DNA of 62,955 nt, the filler included, from Basidiobolus meristosporus CBS 931.73 (Eukaryota > Fungi > Basidiobolomycota), in the NCBI GenBank assembly GCA_002104905.1. It is 3 parts of 3 records of this genome, joined end to end, with 100 filler letters (N's around TTAATTAATTAA, not from the genome) between each part and the next. Parts side by side here need not be neighbours in the genome. Positions count along the whole stretch, not along the records: positions 1 to 27,386 come from MCFE01000906.1; 2 more parts are not named here. One strand, given 5' to 3'. Shown one piece after another: positions 1 through 12,624 of the stretch. The first letter of the stretch is position 1. Each line of letters opens with the position of its first letter. The notes under the pieces are model-generated. The model was given only the letters and a program-made list of their open reading frames with translations, had not been told where the DNA came from and made no database searches. The translations under genes were made by a program, and so were the position numbers.

Positions 1-800
1 AGTTCATGAAGTCCAACAAGTATTGTGAAGCTATAGAGTACTGTACTCAGTATCTATCAAGTGGAAAAATTACAAACAGCTACAAAGCAAAGGCTACTTT
101 GCATATATTCATGACCATTCCTTTGCATTAGTGCTTGATGGATCTTCATCAAGCTAGTACTCCACCTGCAAATCCTGTTGTCCACTGATTATCATCAACC
201 TGAATCAGTTTCCAATCTTATTATAGCAAAGCAGAAGTTCTATAGTTGTCTCTGGTATCTGGGCCTAAATCACCACCTAACCTGGATAGTTACCTGTATA
301 CATTCTTGGGGGATGTTGCATGCTTTACACCAGGACACTGGCAAATGGCCATTATGTCGAAGTATGTGTTATTACATGCATTGGAGACCCCCCATCCATC
401 ATCAAGACAACTAACTTTTTTGGGCATAATGAATGGTATTGCTGTGAATTGCATGAGATCCAGTGCAGTTGCTTCATAACTCATCCCTTGATATTATACA
501 AATACCAATACTAAGAACATAACTATCCCACAAAGAGAATGCACAAAAGTTAGCATGCAATTGCAGCAAGGTGACAAGCTTTAAGCCATTGCCAGATTAT
601 GAAATTTATCAAAAACTAGAGATACTTACAGCAAAGGAGATCTGTTAGAGCATAAGTTTTCCACAGAGAGCAATGCCCTTGCTCCTCAACAATATGCCTA
701 CACTAATGACCAAATTATACTTGTAATCAACATTTGTCACACACCTAGATGTTCACCTGACTCAGTCATTACTTGCAGCTCATTGGAAACACCAACCAAA
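1..800 (+). mobile_element. CACTA/EnSpm-type transposase remnant (Transposase_21-like core), decayed
   Basis: Frame-broken motifs ALVLDGSS, SLVSGPKSPPNLDSYLY and CIGDPPSIIKTTNFFGHNEWYCC match the Tnp2 core pattern; homologous to 26700-27200 (-). Confidence 0.75.
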
Positions 801-829
801 TCTCTTGTAGGGACTTAGAATATCTTGTC

Positions 830-1133
830 CAAAACATCAGATACCCATATTACAAAATTTCTCAAAGTTATCTAAACCACCCCAAGCATTGCTCATATGC
901 TCCTGGGACCTTCCTAAAAATATTTTACATGTTTTTTATTGCAAGACCATGTAGATGTATAAATACTACTTTACATCAGATAAATGAGTTCCACATAATC
1001 TAATAGTTCTCCCAAACACTTCCAATATCTGCAAGACTCTCAGACAGAGTATGGACCCAAACCTGTGACTCTCTGCAATGGTGACTACTGCCATATCTTG
1101 AATTTCACCTCTGCTGAAAATTTGATTTGATCT
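830..1133 (+). mobile_element. Older Copia family-1 copy, 5' part (LTR remnant, degenerate PBS, gag start), interrupted by the 1134-5408 element
   Basis: Homologous to the 3' half of the LTR and the leader at 1340-1570; the gag continues at 5409 across the duplicated GATCT. Confidence 0.8.
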
Positions 1134-1482
1134 TGTTGTAAAAATTTGTACCTCCACCTAAATATTCACCTAACTTAGTCACTTTGATCATTTCCTTCAA
1201 ATCCTAGAGAATACCTACCAAATTCCTTGTTGGGATTTGCTTAGAATATTTTCACCAAAATGCCAGGTACCCAGAACATGAGAATTCTCAAAGTTGTCCA
1301 AACAGCCCCAAACTTTGCACAAATGTTCTTGGGACCTTGCTCAGCCTATTCTATATGTTTTTAATGCCAAGACCATGTAAAAGTATAAATACTACTTTTA
1401 AATTCAATAAGTAATTAAGTGAAAACCACATAATCTACTTGTCCTCCCAATCACTTCCAATATCTCCAAGACTCTTACAACA
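1134..1482 (+). repeat. Copia-1 5' LTR
   Basis: TG...CA ends, direct repeat of 5060-5408, followed by the PBS. Confidence 0.95.
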
Positions 1483-1513
1483 GGTTATGAGCCCCAAGCT
1501 GTCACTCTCTGCA

Positions 1514-4500
1514 ATGTCTACTTCTGCTATTACTGGAATTTTACCCTCTGCTGAAAAGTTGGATGGATCTAACTACCAGGTGAGAAGGTGAAGATGAAAA
1601 TGCTGCTACAAGAAAGAGACCTTTGGGATATTGTCATGGGAGAAAAATGCCCTCCTAAAAATGTGGGAGGGGAAGCCTTAAAGTACCAGAAGAAAGAACA
1701 AATTGCCTTTAACTGCATTTGCCTCAATGTTAAGGACAAATTGATAATTGAATGCTCAAGAGCAAATATGGCAAAGAATGCCTGGAAGGCATTAGAAAAC
1801 ACCTACCAGTCATGTTCAGCTGCTAAGAAAATGTATCTGAGACAAAAATTCTTTACTATGAAGATGCTGCCAGGATAAGAAATGAAGAATCTAATTCACA
1901 GAATTACCCTGCTGGTAGATGAAATGGAATCTTTGGGCATACCAACTACTGATGAGGATGTGATAGTTACCATCCTGAATAGCCTGACAGATGAGTTTCA
2001 GGGCCTGTATCAGCCCTAGAGTCCAGAACTGAAGATTTGATCTTATATTACACATATGGAAGGCTCCTGGATGAAGAATTAAGAATATCAAGCGCCAATA
2101 AAAAGGAAGAAAAAATGCTTTGATAAGCAATGATAGCCAGCAAAGGAGGTACCCAAGACCCTACAATGGCAACAACAATCTGTTTTGCAACTATTGCAAA
2201 AGGAAAAGACACACATTAGACTGGTGACTCAAAAAGAGATAATAAGCAAAAGAAGCCTGAATATGGAAATGCTGCAACAACTGAAGATAGACTATTCATA
2301 TTTGCACTCAAAATGACCACAAACACTTGATGCAGTGGCCAAAGGAACTATCCAAGTAAACCTTAGAAGCAGTGAAGGAAGCCATACACTCACCTTTAAA
2401 GAAGTACCCTGTGTACCAGAAATAGCCAAGAACCTACTATCTATAAGCAAGGCCACAGCAGAAGGACTCAGTTTCAGCTTTGACAATTCTGGATGCCAGA
2501 TCACTGATCAAAATGGTACCCATATTATGTTAAGTATCATACACCAAAATCTATACAAGTTGACTTACATTCCATCATATTTGAAAGCCAATATAAGTAA
2601 CTTAAATGAAGAAACACCAATGCTTTGGCACAGGATATTTGGGCACATCAATTTTGATTATTTGTGCAAAATGATCAAAGATCAGCTAATTTCTGGAGTG
2701 AAAATTGATCCCCCAGCTAATTGGAGCACTGTGAAGCCTGCATATATGAGAAACAAGCCAGACAACCGTTCAAGAGCTCTGGGTTAATTATAACTAAGAA
2801 AAATTGGATCTAATTCACTCAGATCTGTGTGGACCTATGCAAAATTTATCATTAGGTGGAATGAAGTATTTAATCACTTTTATTGATGACTATACAATAC
2901 ACATGTGAGACTACTTCATGGAGAGAAAGGAGGAAGCTCTGTCTAGGTTCAGGGAGTTTAAGCCATGGCAGAGAGAGAAACTGGTGAAAAAATCAAGAAA
3001 ATATGCTCTGACAATGGTTGAGCATATACCTCAAAACTCTTCATCCACTTCTGCAAAATTCATGGGATAAAGCAAGAGACTACTGTACCATACTCCCCAC
3101 AGCAAAATGGAGTAGCAGAACGTGCTCACAGATCAGTAACTCATATGGCAAAACCTATCATCCATGATCAAAAATTATTCTATGATGTTTAGGTGGAATC
3201 AATTGCTACAGCTGTACACCTTGAAAATAGGAGTTATAACAGAATACTTTGTGATTATACTCCATTTGAAGCATGGAATGGACGCAGACCAAGTGCAGAA
3301 CATCCAAGAACATTTGGGTGTACAATATATGCCAAGAAACTGCCCTCAAATCAGTCAAATTTGAGTCAAAAAGTGTAGATGCAAATGTTTGGGCTACCGC
3401 AATGAGAGTAAAGCATACAGACTCTACAATACCAAATCAAAGAAGCTAATCAAGTCCAGGGATGTGTTGTCTGATGAATATTCAAATTTTCACAAAAAAT
3501 GCCATCAGATGATGACAAAAATCTGATCTCAAGTCCACCAATTGTCAGGATTGAGTCAGTGCAAAACAATGAAAATATTTTGCTCCAGAGGACTCTACAG
3601 CCATGGTTTAGCCAGGATCAGTGCCCTGGAATATCCCAGATGTTATTATTCCAGTATCAAATGGCCAGAGATCCACTTGGAAAGAAATAGTTCAAATTGC
3701 TATATCAATGAGTGTACAAACTTAGCCTATGCCTATTCAGTCCATATTGATGAGCCCCAAACTGTAAAAGAGGCCCTAAATAGCCCTCAGACAAAGTTTT
3801 GGAGATATGCAAAGACTGATGAATATCAGGCCCTGATGGAAATTCAACTTGGACTTAGTCACATTACCAATCAACCAAAAATCAATTGGATGCAGATGGG
3901 TCTTCAAGACAAAATACAAGGCTGATGGTACAATTGAAAGATACAAAGCAAGACCTGTGGCCAAAGGATACTCTCAAACAAAGGAACCTGACTATACTGA
4001 GACCTTTGCACCAGTAGCCAAGTTTAATTCCATTGGATTAATATTGGCTATTGCAGTCAAATGGATGTAAAAACTGCATATTCAAATGGAACTTGATAAA
4101 GACTAGAAACATTGGAAGAGACTAAATCCAGCCTATCTAAGGAGTTCAAGATGTCTGATCTAGGAGAACTCAGTTACTACTTAGGGATAAAGTTCCCCAT
4201 AGACAGAGGTACCCAGACTACTGCCCTAAGCCAGTCCAAGTCCATTCAAGATATACCAAAGAAGTACAAAATGGAAGACTGTACACTGGCAGCTACCCTA
4301 ATGGAGACAAACCTCAACTTGGTCAAAACTTAATCAAATCAAGAGAACTTGGTGCCATCTGAAAGCCCCAACTTTCCTTATCAATCTATGGCTGGCAGTC
4401 TGATGTATATCATGCTTGCAACATGTCCAGATATCTCATATTCAGTGGGAGTTGTCAGCCAGCATAATCAGAACTATGGATCTGATCATATTGCAGCAGT

Positions 4501-5059
4501 TAAGAGGATTTTTAGATACCTGAAAGGAGCTGCTGATATCTACCTAAGATACACTTATAAGAACTCAGAACAGGATCTTGTGGGATACTCTTATGCCAAT
4601 TGGGCACAAAATTTGAAAGTCAGAAGATTCATCACAGGATACACCTTTCTTTACTGTAAAGGAGCAATTTCATGGAAATTAAGAAAGCATCCAACCGTAG
4701 CACTTTCTACCACAGAGGCAGAGTATATGGCAGCCTGTGAAGCTACAAAAGAAGCAATGTTGTTAAGAAAACTTTTTACAGATTTAGGCCTATGTCAAAA
4801 GTGCCTATTACTTTATTTCATGATAATCTAGGATGTACACAATTAAATAGAAATCCAACTTTCATGCTAGAACAAAGCACATAGATATTAGACATCATTT
4901 CATATGTGAACCTATAGAGAATAACTTGATTAGCTTAGTCTACTGTCCTACAGATGAGCTGATTGCAGACATATTTATCATACCATTATCTAGATACAAG
5001 TTTGAATATCTTGAGTCAAAATTAGGACTAGTGAGCATAATCATTTGGCTAAGTGGGAG
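1514..5059 (+). pseudogene. Copia-1 gag-pol pseudogene (stops, frameshifts, internal RT deletion)
   Basis: EKLDGSNY/LWDIV gag, LWHRIFGH pre-integrase, PYSPQQNGVAE integrase, IGCRWVFKTK...RYKARPVAKGY and YQSMAGSLMY RT, VALSTTEAEYMA RNase H; the RT jumps from MDVKTA to EETKSSLSKEF near 4070-4110. Confidence 0.9.
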
Positions 5060-5408
5060 TGTTGTAAAAATTTGTAATTCCACCTAAATATTCACCTAAC
5101 TTAGTCACTTAGATCATTACCCTCAAATCCTAGAGAATACTGACCCAATTCCTTGTTGGGATTTACTTGGAATATTTTCACCAAAATACCAGGTACCCAG
5201 AACATCAAAATTCTCAAAGTTGTCCAAACAGCCCCAAACTTTGAACACATGTTCTTGGGACCTTCCTTAACCTATTCTACATGTTTGTAGTGCCAAGACC
5301 ATGTAAAAGTATAAATACTACTTTTACATTCAATATATCATTAAGAGATATCCACATAATCTACTTGTCCTCCCAATCACTTCCAATATCTCCAAGACTT
5401 TTACAACA
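5060..5408 (+). repeat. Copia-1 3' LTR
   Basis: Direct repeat of 1134-1482, preceded by a purine-rich PPT. Confidence 0.95.
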
Positions 5409-5670
5409 GATCTAACTACCAAATGAGGAAAGAAAAGATGAAGAGGCTGCTTCAGTGATTAGATCTTAGAGATTTTGCTATGGAAGAAGAATGCCCCTCT
5501 AAAAATGTGAGAGAAATAGCCTTCAAGTACCAGAGGAAAGATCAAAGTGCATATAACTGCATTTGCCTTACTGTTAAGTCAAAGTGTTAGCTCAATGTTC
5601 TAGAGCAAACAAGGGTATGAATACCTGGAAGGCACAAGAAGGCACCTACCAGTCAAGTTCAGCTGCTAGT
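5409..5670 (+). mobile_element. Continuation of the older Copia-1 gag
   Basis: GATCTAACTACC... is homologous to 1567-1830. Confidence 0.85.
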
Positions 5671-6781
5671 ATATGATGTATAAATATCATGTATTACAAA
5701 GAAGCAGTTGTGGTGGTGTATAAGTCCAGGGGAGAGATAAGGCCAACACTGCTCAAGTATTTTGCATGTGGGTTATTCACTGGGTGTAATAGCCTCTGGC
5801 AAAAGCTTGCTAGGAATACCTGAGTTCTGTCTCTACTCTAATGTGATGGGGACTGAAGCCACAAGCATGTCAAGGGAAAAATATTGAGCAACAATCACCA
5901 ATTTAATTGGCATCTTAACAAATGTACATGCTGAGCTCAGCATCATTCAAGTTGACAACATACTAAAGCTTCCAAAGCCAAGACAACTGTAAGCTTCACC
6001 AGCAGGGACATGAAAAGAATGCAGCTATGGTCTATAGTTACAAAGACAGAAAGTATATTTGCCTTTGCAAGAGCAAACTAGGGGAAGAATAATATATGAT
6101 AAAGATATCTACTCTAAGTATTCCTCACAAGTAGTGCCTCCAAGGTCAGCTGGCAGTCAGCATGGTTTCCTAGGATTGTCCTGTGGTCTGGGATGGGATG
6201 TCCAGGTAGCAGTGATCACACTAATCAACAAGTCAGTATATTGACAAAAGGGATGATGATTTATTGTTGAGGGATTGCTCCACCATATACTTTTCTCACT
6301 GCTTAGTAATTACTAATCACAGTGTTCCAGAAGGTTGTGGATATCAATAGAACTCCAAAGAACATTGGAATTAGCTAAAAGTGTTTTAAGTAGATGTCGC
6401 AAGGTTCTAAGAGGCATGGCACCTTCAACCAATCAGGGGTCAGTATTCTAAAACTTTTGTAACAGAGGGATACTGTACATGGAGTGAAAATGGTAGTGAT
6501 GGTGACAGGACTTGATCTTGTGTTATAGGTCCTGGCATGAGTACTTGACCAGTGTGGAAGCACTTATATCTAGTAGGCATACATATAGTGAGGGATAGCA
6601 AGTGCAATAAATCAGCAGGTCTCATAGCTAACAGGCTTATGTGATAGTACTGATCAGATAAGACAAATGAGATAAAATCTAAACTAGGGTAGTAGAGATT
6701 CAGGGAAGTAATAAATATGAGAATGGGCACATCTGTCAGTGGGTGTCATTATGACCCCATTACTCCATCAGTGGGAGATAT

Positions 6782-9700
6782 TGTTGCAATATAAGAAGCA
6801 GTTTGGATATAAGGAACTTATCAAGTTATAGTGATAATAGTTGAAATGTTGTTTATTCACAAAGTGGATCAGTATTTATACCTTTATAGAAGTAATACAG
6901 CTGTAACACTAAGAAAGGGGGGTTTCTTAACATTCAGGAGCATTCTGTAACAGTTTCTGGGTTAGTACATAATGTTTGGTAAAAAGGGTTTATTTAATCT
7001 TAACTATAGGGGAATAATCATAGGATCATATTTGTGAAGAAACTGGCAAAGTTGGGGCTGCAATCAGGTCCTACAGTGACCAAGACTACTCTAGAATTGT
7101 TAAGTAAGTTTGAGCTTATCTTGATCTTGTAGACCCATCCACAACCTAATGGCTTTCTCACATCTGGTAAATTAACCAGTTCCCAAATTTTTGCTTTGAT
7201 CAGCAATTGGTACTCCTCCTGCATGTCTTGTTACCACATAGTAGCATCTGGACTCTGCATTGCCTGTTCCAGATTCTAGGGTTTGGCACATAAGGCAAGA
7301 TAAGCTTCTTCATGATCATTGGATGTCTGCCACCAGGATCCACAGGCATTTCTTATTCTGGTAGATCTACTAACTATGATACTCTGCTCTGATTTGGGAC
7401 TAGTAGAAATATCTCCTGTATCTGGCTGAATTTGGTACGCATATTCTTCATTAAAGTTGATTGCATCATCAGGCAGCTGGCCAATTATTTCTGTGGCTTT
7501 CTGATTGGAATTTTCCTCAAATACAATTTCACAGCTCTTGATCAGCTTCTGAATCTTGCCATCATTCATGCTATACCCTTTAGTATCATCACAATACCCA
7601 AGAAAGCTTCTTTTCTACACTTTGGTTCCAGCTTTGAGTGTTTTTTGTCAGTGATGTAATAAAGGACCTCACTGTCTAAGATTCTGAGGTGCTGGAGGTC
7701 AGGTTTCTTGCCTGTATATGTATCAGAGAGTGTACAATCCTGTAGTGCTGTTGTTAGGCATGTATTCCTGATTGTATACTGTGTTAGCAACAGATTCAGC
7801 CCAGAAGTTGTAGCTCATTCCTTTATCATGTAGCTTAGATCTTCCCATCTCTACTATTGTTTTATTTGCACGTTCTGCTACTCCATTTTGCAGTGGAGTA
7901 TGTGGAACAGTGGTCTGCCAAATTACACCAGTAGATGTGTAGTATTTTGCAAACTCCCTTGAGCAGCATTCCCCCCAATGTCACTTTGAGGTATATTCAG
8001 TTTACACCCAGTTTGTGCTTCTGCCATGTTTGTGAAGTATTTAAACATCTCCAGAGCCCCATCCTTTGCTTTGAGGAAGTATACACATGTATATCTTGTC
8101 TTGTTATCAATAAATGTCATAAAGTATCTCTTGGCTCCAAAGAACAGTGTTTTGGTGGTGTTAATACCTCCCAAGCTCCTGAAACATTGCCTAGCTTGTT
8201 TGCCATATGAACATCCCATATAGACACTCAATTTAATTGGAATTAAGTACTTTAGGCCTGAAACAAACTTGTTTTTCATCAATTGGCTCATTTTCAGCTC
8301 CCCAATGTGTCTTAGCCTTCTATGCAACATCACCCAGTTTGTTTCATCAGTTTCAGCAAAGGTGACATACACAGGTACAATGATCTTGCATTGCAAATTG
8401 TATATATATTGTGATCACTCATTCACAAAGCTAATTTTTGTCCATTTTCACTCAATATCAAGCAGCTCAGCTTAGTAAAAGTATATTTCAGTCCCTGAGC
8501 AGTTGCTTTACTGACTGAGAGTTCTTAGCTATTCCAGGGATGCAGAGTACTTCAGTCAGTTTTGCTGCTGTAGCCCCTGAGATGTCACTCATATTTAGCA
8601 GTATAGACCCACTGGGGGTAGCTTTCAGTGCAGAATTGTCTCCCAGATAAACCTTCCTTATGGGAGTAGTCTTCAAGTTGCTGATACACTCCTTTATACC
8701 ACAAATAAGCTGTGATGCTCAAGAGTCAAGATACCATTCATTACTTTCATCACACTCTCTTGTACAGTTACAAATAACTGCTCATTAGTAGTAATATTAT
8801 TTGCCTGCTCCAGTTTCTTTTTTTTTGTCTGCTTGTTTCTTGTTGCATTCCCTTGCCCAGTGTCCTGGCTTCTTAAAGCAGTTACAGCAACCAGGCTTTC
8901 TTTAGTTTTGTTGCTTTACCTTCTTTTCTATGTGCCTCTCTGAGCTGAATAAAGGGTTTTCTTCAGTTTTCTCTGTTTGGTTATTACATCTGAGTTCTTC
9001 ACAGAGAAGTTTTCCTTTGACTTCTCTGGTTTCAAAAGAAAGTATGAGTGGCTCATACACATTTAGTAGGCTGCAAAGCAGACAGAGAGTCTTTTCTTCA
9101 TCATATACCCCAGCATTATTACTGTAAAGTTCTTCTGCAAGTGTCTCCATCATGGTAACAAGTTGTAGTATGTCTTCATCTGGCTTCTTCCTCATATTGA
9201 AGAATTTTTGTTTTAGATAAAGCTTGTTTGATACGGATTTTGCTCTAAAGATCTTCCCTAAGGATTCCCATGCTGCTTTGGCAATATTTAAAGCATGGAT
9301 TTCTCCAATAAAGGAATCTTGCACATTGACACATATAGGATTAAAGGCCTTTGTCTCCTTCTCTTGAAACTTCTACACTTCTTCTGCTGTTCCCTTGGGC
9401 TCAACATCCTTTCCTGTTACTATATTCCAAAGCATTCTTTCCTCAAGGTGGGTCAGCATCTTGAATCTCCAAAGTCTATAGTTCTTCCCATCAAACCTCT
9501 CTTCTACTGGGAAGATGTTTGTATTGTTCTGTTAGCTGGTAGAAGTCTTCTTTAGGATAGGTTAAGGCAATTAGGGCTCATAACTTGTTGTCATCTAAGA
9601 AGTGATTTGGATATAAGGAACATATTAAGATATAGTGATAATAGTTGAACTGTTGTTTATTCATAAAGTGGATCAGTATTTATGCCTTTGTAGAAGTAAT

Positions 9701-9955
9701 ACAGCTGTAACACTAAGAAAGGGGGGTTTCTTAACATTCAGGAGCATTCTGTAACAGTTTCAGGGTTGGTGCAAAATGTTTGTTATAAAGTGTTAGTCTG
9801 ATCTTCACTCTAGGGGAATAATCATAGGATCATTGATGTAAAGAAACTGGCAAAGTTGGGGCTGCAAACAAGTTCTACAGTGACCAAGACTACTCTAGAA
9901 TTGTTAAGTAAGTTTTTAGCTGCTGAATGATACCAAATAGTACAGTATTTCAACA
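6782..9955 (-). mobile_element. Ty1/copia LTR retrotransposon, family 2, internally deleted (no RT/RH/PPT)
   Basis: 5' LTR 9586-9955 (TG...CA), PBS AGTTATGAGCCC (9574-9585, minus), gag KSVSNKLYLKQKFFNM, pre-integrase MLHRRLRHIG, integrase MTFIDNKTRY; the RT stops at WVYKIK and is fused to a truncated 3' LTR (6782-about 7116); perfect TSD GATAT at 6777-6781 and 9956-9960. Confidence 0.93.
9586..9955 (-). repeat. Copia-2 5' LTR
   Basis: 370 bp, TG...CA, repeated at 6782-7116, 30269-30638 and 36050-36196. Confidence 0.93.
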
Positions 9956-9989
9956 GATATAATATCTGATCAACAGATTTATATTTATT

Positions 9990-10830
9990 GTTAAAGGTAA
10001 TGTGCTAGCTACCTTTCAGGACAGTCTGATAGACACATTGCAGGGTCTTGCATCAGTACCAGATCCAGAACTGAAGAACTGAACCTAAATTATGTTTATC
10101 TAGTGCTTCTGGTTGAGTAATAAAAAATCAGTGCCAGTACGAAGAAAGATGAAATTGCTTTTATAAGCAATCACCACCAACAAAGGAGACACCAGCAGCC
10201 CATGGAAGGCAAAAGCAACCTGTTTTGCCATTGAAGCAAAAGGAATGGTCAAACGTTAGCCCAGGGCTTAAGAAAGAGAGATAATCTGCAAAAAAGCCTG
10301 AATAGAAGTATGCTGCAAAAACAAATGATGGACTTGTCATATATGCACTGAACATGACCTCAAATAATGATTCTCAGCTTTGATGTATTGACTGTGGATC
10401 ATTTCAACACTTTATACATCAACAGGAACTTCTACCAAATATCAAGAAAAACTAATTAAGAGGGCATTCATCGGTGACTATAAAATACTTATTGCAATTG
10501 GATAGGGGACCAGCCTAGTTAGTCTCTGAAGTAGTAAAGGAAGCTATACACACACCTTCAGAGAAGTACTATATGTACCAAAAATAGCCAAAAACTTATT
10601 ATCTGTAAGCAAGGCTGCAGCAGAAGGACTCAGTTTCTGCTTTGACTATTGTGGATACATGAGCACTGATCAGAAAGGTGCTTAGATTGTATTTGGTACA
10701 AAGTATTAGAATTGGGGCACATATTCTTCTTTTAACTATATCTAAGCCAACAGGAGTAACATAAATGCAGTAACACTGAGAACTTCTCCCAGTCACTTCC
10801 AATACCACCAAGACTCCTACAACAGTACAT
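9990..10830 (+). mobile_element. Copia-1 gag/protease fragments and LTR-end fragment
   Basis: Patchy homology to 1990-2520 and to the LTR end (CACTTCCAATA...CTACAACA). Confidence 0.65.
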
Positions 10831-11830
10831 GGTGCATTTCAAGCAAAACAAGCCCTTCAGATACCAGATATATTTGAAAGAATTGGCAATATATTGCAGA
10901 GTATATACTACCCAGAGCACTTCTTATGGTCTTCAATCAGTATTCATATTCATGTGCTACAACATAAATGAAAGGACTGAATGGGCCAGATGTGTGTGAT
11001 TCAAGTGTCCTTCTGGGGCCATTTCTACAAAGAGTTCATTGCAAGAATTGGGAGTCATATGCTAATTTTGTAGAAAGACCAGTCCAGAAGTGCATAAGCA
11101 ATACATATTTGGCAAATATACAGCTTTTACTTGAGGAGCTTTTGACAGGATATGAGCAGCTAAACTACAAGTATAGAGCTGTACATATAGATTTCTGCCA
11201 AAACTCCATCCATTCTCCACCTAAGCTTGCTAATTGTGTGGAGAATACCAGACACTGCTTCACCTTCTGAGAATTTCCTATATAATGGAAGTGTGAGCAG
11301 ATAGGGATATGAGTCAGGTTGCAGGTACTGCCTCATCCAATCTCATCAGGAATACAACCTTCAAGTCTATATGGAAGTGATGAGTTGACACCTGGAGGGC
11401 AGCCAGGAAAAGTTGGAAAACACTGAACACAGATGTGCACATGGAGACATCAATGGCTTCAGCATTACAAAGCTAAGCCACCCCAATCTGTAAGTAGCTA
11501 ATTAAGTCAAGCAAGGCTGGGTGGGACACAACAAGCAACTAATTTCCGTTAGGATAACTTTGCTATATTGTTACAGGCCTCTCCTTCTGTCAAGCCAACA
11601 TCTACATCATTCAGTACAGGATTTACACAAATCAAGCCCAAATTGTACATACTAAGAGGAATAGAATCCAGAAGGGAGATGTAATATACTGGCCAGGTGC
11701 CCAATGGTTCTTTGCAGATATTCAGGAGGTATTTATGATAGGAGTGGCAGCAGCCAAGTATATAAATAACAGATGAGTATGTTGCTAGTGATTCAATTAG
11801 AGGTCAGTTAGTAGGAGGCCATAGCCTTTT
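10830..11830 (+). mobile_element. CACTA transposase remnant (central to C-terminal part)
   Basis: Homologous to the reverse complement of 25400-26420; decayed DUF4218-like segment (IHSPPKLANCVENT). Confidence 0.65.
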
Positions 11831-11989
11831 ATTTAAGATAAATCAGAATACTAATGGTAGTTATGAGTATGCAAGTAAAGAGGGAGGACTCTACTGTAAG
11901 ATATATGAATGGTATTAAGAGTCAGAGAAAATGAAAATGCTGTAGGATAAATGGGTAGTGTACTATGGATTGTGCCCAGTCAGCACAGC

Positions 11990-12620
11990 TATTGTACTGA
12001 TGGCTCCAGAATCTCCACTGCAGTTAAGAATATGCTCTTTGACATTATAGCTATGTAATAGTTTCCTACTAATTAGCATTGAAGACTCATCCAGCAGTGG
12101 ATACTGGTAGACATTCAGGTTAGAGGGTGAATTTGGCCCATGATATCAATGTCAATACCATCAGAAATTTGCTCATATACTGTAAGACTGGTGGCAGATT
12201 TAGGTTGATGAAAGTCAGTGGCCAGCAGGTTATGCTGGTAGAGTACTTATTGAATGAGATTTGATCAAGTGCCAAGACAAAGGCAGATCACTTATACCTT
12301 TAGAGCAGCCTTTGCCTCTTAGTTGCTTGTAATACTTCCCATTAGTTATATTGGAGATAGTTACACTTGACTGATATTGAGCACAGTACTCTGCTGCTTC
12401 ACAACATCTTGCAAACTGCATGTGCTTTTTTAGCCAGGTGTAACTAGAGTAAACCTGGTGTCAGTATTGTCATGTATGACAACTTGCAATGGTGAAATTT
12501 TCTGATGTGAATGCTGCTTGACTGTGAATACACAATGGTACCAGCAAAATCTATATGCCATGAAAATAGTAAGATGCAACCTAGTGCTACAAGTCTTAGT
12601 ACAAGAGTTGCAGAGGAATA
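11990..12620 (-). mobile_element. CACTA transposase remnant (N-terminal core)
   Basis: EYCAQYQSSVTISNITNGKYYKQLRGKG matches 26950-27195 (-) and 1-200 (+). Confidence 0.7.
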
Positions 12621-12624
12621 GGTG

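Larger units (their letters stand above)
1134..5408 (+). mobile_element. Ty1/copia LTR retrotransposon, family 1, two-LTR copy, defective
   Basis: Two about 349-bp LTRs (TGTTGTAA...TTACAACA), PBS GGTTATGAGCCC at 1483-1494, purine tract before 5060, 5-bp TSD GATCT (1129-1133 and 5409-5413), domain order gag-PR-INT-RT-RH. Confidence 0.95.
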
